Shown: piece after piece, positions 62,705-64,000 of the stretch
Numbering within the stretch: the first letter of the stretch is position 1
How the letters are laid out: every line of letters begins with the position of its first letter
DNA from: Pseudomonadales bacterium
GTDB taxonomy: Bacteria > Pseudomonadota > Gammaproteobacteria > Pseudomonadales > IMCC2047
Assembly (NCBI GenBank): GCA_965230515.1
Contig: OZ246007.1
Location: forward strand, 23,196 to 87,195
Direction: 5' to 3'
Length of the DNA stretch: 64,000 bases
Position numbers and translations under genes: made by a program
The notes under the pieces: model-generated
Told to the model about the DNA's origin: nothing
Databases searched by the model: none
Seen by the model: the letters and a program-made list of their open reading frames with translations, nothing else

Positions 62705-63343
62705 GTGTTAGAAATGATTAAATCCGGCGGCTGGCTGATGCTGCCCATTATTCTGTGTTCTGTGCTGGCTTTCGCAATTGTGGCGGAGCGTTTCTGGACA
62801 CTTCGACCCAATCGTATCGCGCCAAAAAATCTGCTGGCAGAAGTGTGGGGCTGGATACGCGGAAATGAACTGACTGTTGAGCGGATGAAGCAGCTGCGTA
62901 CCTCAACGCCTCTTGGTCAGATACTTGCTGCCGGGTTGTCAAATTCAAAGTATGGCAGGGATATCATGAAGGAGAGCATCCAGGAGGTTGCAAGCCACGT
63001 TATACATGAGATGGAACGCTACCTGAACACCCTGGGGACCATTGCCTTGATAACGCCACTCTTGGGATTGCTGGGCACTGTGATTGGCATGATTAAAGTA
63101 TTTACCGCGATAATGATTCAGGGTACCGGAAATGCCAGTGTTTTGGCCGGCGGGATATCAGAAGCATTGATTACAACTGCCGCCGGACTGAGTGTAGCGA
63201 TTCCAACCTTGATATTTCACCGGTTGTTTCAGCGGCGAATAGACGAATTGGTGATTCATATGGAGCAGGAGGCTGTCAAGCTGGTTGATGTGTTCCATGG
63301 TGACCGCGGCAAAGAAGAGTCGTCAGATGCGAGTGGGGAATAG
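62705..63343 (+). CDS. exbB: MotA/TolQ/ExbB proton channel protein
   Basis: PLLGLLGTV.GMI, GISEALITTAAGL.VAIP. Confidence 0.88.
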   Translation: MLEMIKSGGWLMLPIILCSVLAFAIVAERFWTLRPNRIAPKNLLAEVWGWIRGNELTVERMKQLRTSTPLGQILAAGLSNSKYGRDIMKESIQEVASHVIHEMERYLNTLGTIALITPLLGLLGTVIGMIKVFTAIMIQGTGNASVLAGGISEALITTAAGLSVAIPTLIFHRLFQRRIDELVIHMEQEAVKLVDVFHGDRGKEESSDASGE

Positions 63344-63348
63344 CCGCG

Positions 63349-63771
63349 ATGAAATTTCGTCGCCAACGACGTGAAGAGGTCGGCGTTAATCTTACACCAC
63401 TGATCGATGTGGTGTTTCTGCTGCTGATCTTCTTTATGGTTTCCACTACCTTTAAGAAAGAGTCCCATATTAGTTTAAATTTGCCCGAAGCCAACGGAGA
63501 GGCAGTTGCTGAAAAAGAGCATCAAATTGAGATCGTAATTAGTGCCAAGGGTGAATATGCGGTGAATGACCAGGCGCTGGTGAATAATAAAATTGATACA
63601 CTTCGGGCGGCTATAAGCCGGGTGGCCAAGGGGGATACAGGCTTGCCGTTGATTATTTCAGCGGATGCTATTTCGCCTCACCAGTCAGTGGTCACGGCAA
63701 TGGATGCTGCAGGTCAGCTCGGTTTTGTTAATTTGAGTATTACCACTCGCCAACGAGACTCCTCGGAATAA
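63349..63771 (+). CDS. exbD: ExbD/TolR biopolymer transport protein
   Basis: NLTPLIDVVFLLLIFFMV. Confidence 0.9.
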   Translation: MKFRRQRREEVGVNLTPLIDVVFLLLIFFMVSTTFKKESHISLNLPEANGEAVAEKEHQIEIVISAKGEYAVNDQALVNNKIDTLRAAISRVAKGDTGLPLIISADAISPHQSVVTAMDAAGQLGFVNLSITTRQRDSSE

Positions 63772-63785
63772 TCAACGGCGTTCTT

Positions 63786-64000
63786 TTGAATAACCAAGCG
63801 AATTTTGCAGACAAGTTGGTACAGGCCTGGTACCAGGGAAGCTCCTGGTTAAACCTGTTGCGCCCGCTTTCTATGGTGTTTCGCTGGCAGGTGGGCCGAC
63901 GGCGTAATGCTTACCTGATCGGAAAAAAACAGTCCTGGAAAGCGCCGGTGCCAGTCGTTGTAATTGGAAATATTTCGGTAGGCGGGGTGGGGAAGACACC
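63786..64000 (+). CDS. lpxK: Tetraacyldisaccharide 4'-kinase, 5' part (runs off the window; not in the ORF track)
   Basis: Hand translation MNNQANFADKLVQAWYQGSSWLNLLRPLS...APVPVVVIGNISVGGVGKT; start codon uncertain. Confidence 0.9.
   Translation, partial: MNNQANFADKLVQAWYQGSSWLNLLRPLSMVFRWQVGRRRNAYLIGKKQSWKAPVPVVVIGNISVGGVGKT

Noticed and set aside
62170-62811. 213-aa antisense ORF spanning PhyH and exbB
   Set aside because: It overlaps two well-supported genes on the other strand and has no recognisable features.
1-64000. CRISPR arrays, IS/integrase genes, tRNA/rRNA, prophage
   Set aside because: No regularly spaced repeats, transposase/integrase motifs or structural RNA signatures were seen by eye.

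Overview
Chromosomal window from a gammaproteobacterium, probably marine. The Na+-pumping oadGAB and the nadK-pepN and lol-comEC-exbBD-lpxK gene orders are Pseudomonadales/Cellvibrionales-like (inference). The left ~21 kb is accessory. It holds (i) a Tat-exported reductive dehalogenase-like gene that runs off the left edge and is missing from the ORF track, preceded by an FKBP chaperone and a class II cytochrome c with His at the distal heme position, behind a sigma54-type promoter and a PAS-AAA+ activator; (ii) glutathione-dependent formaldehyde detox genes with a LysR regulator; (iii) an AraC-associated uptake/oxidation/decarboxylation cluster whose shared 35-bp operator also precedes a candidate ~85-nt small RNA. 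The rest is mostly conserved: oadGAB, rmuC, a decayed bulb-lectin pseudogene, the nadK-pepN block, a complete CrbS/CrbR acetate island with four operator palindromes, a matrixin pair, and the lol-comEC-exbBD-lpxK block interrupted by four extra genes. No rRNA, tRNA, CRISPR array or transposase was seen. All family calls come from motifs and recalled family features; no database search was run.
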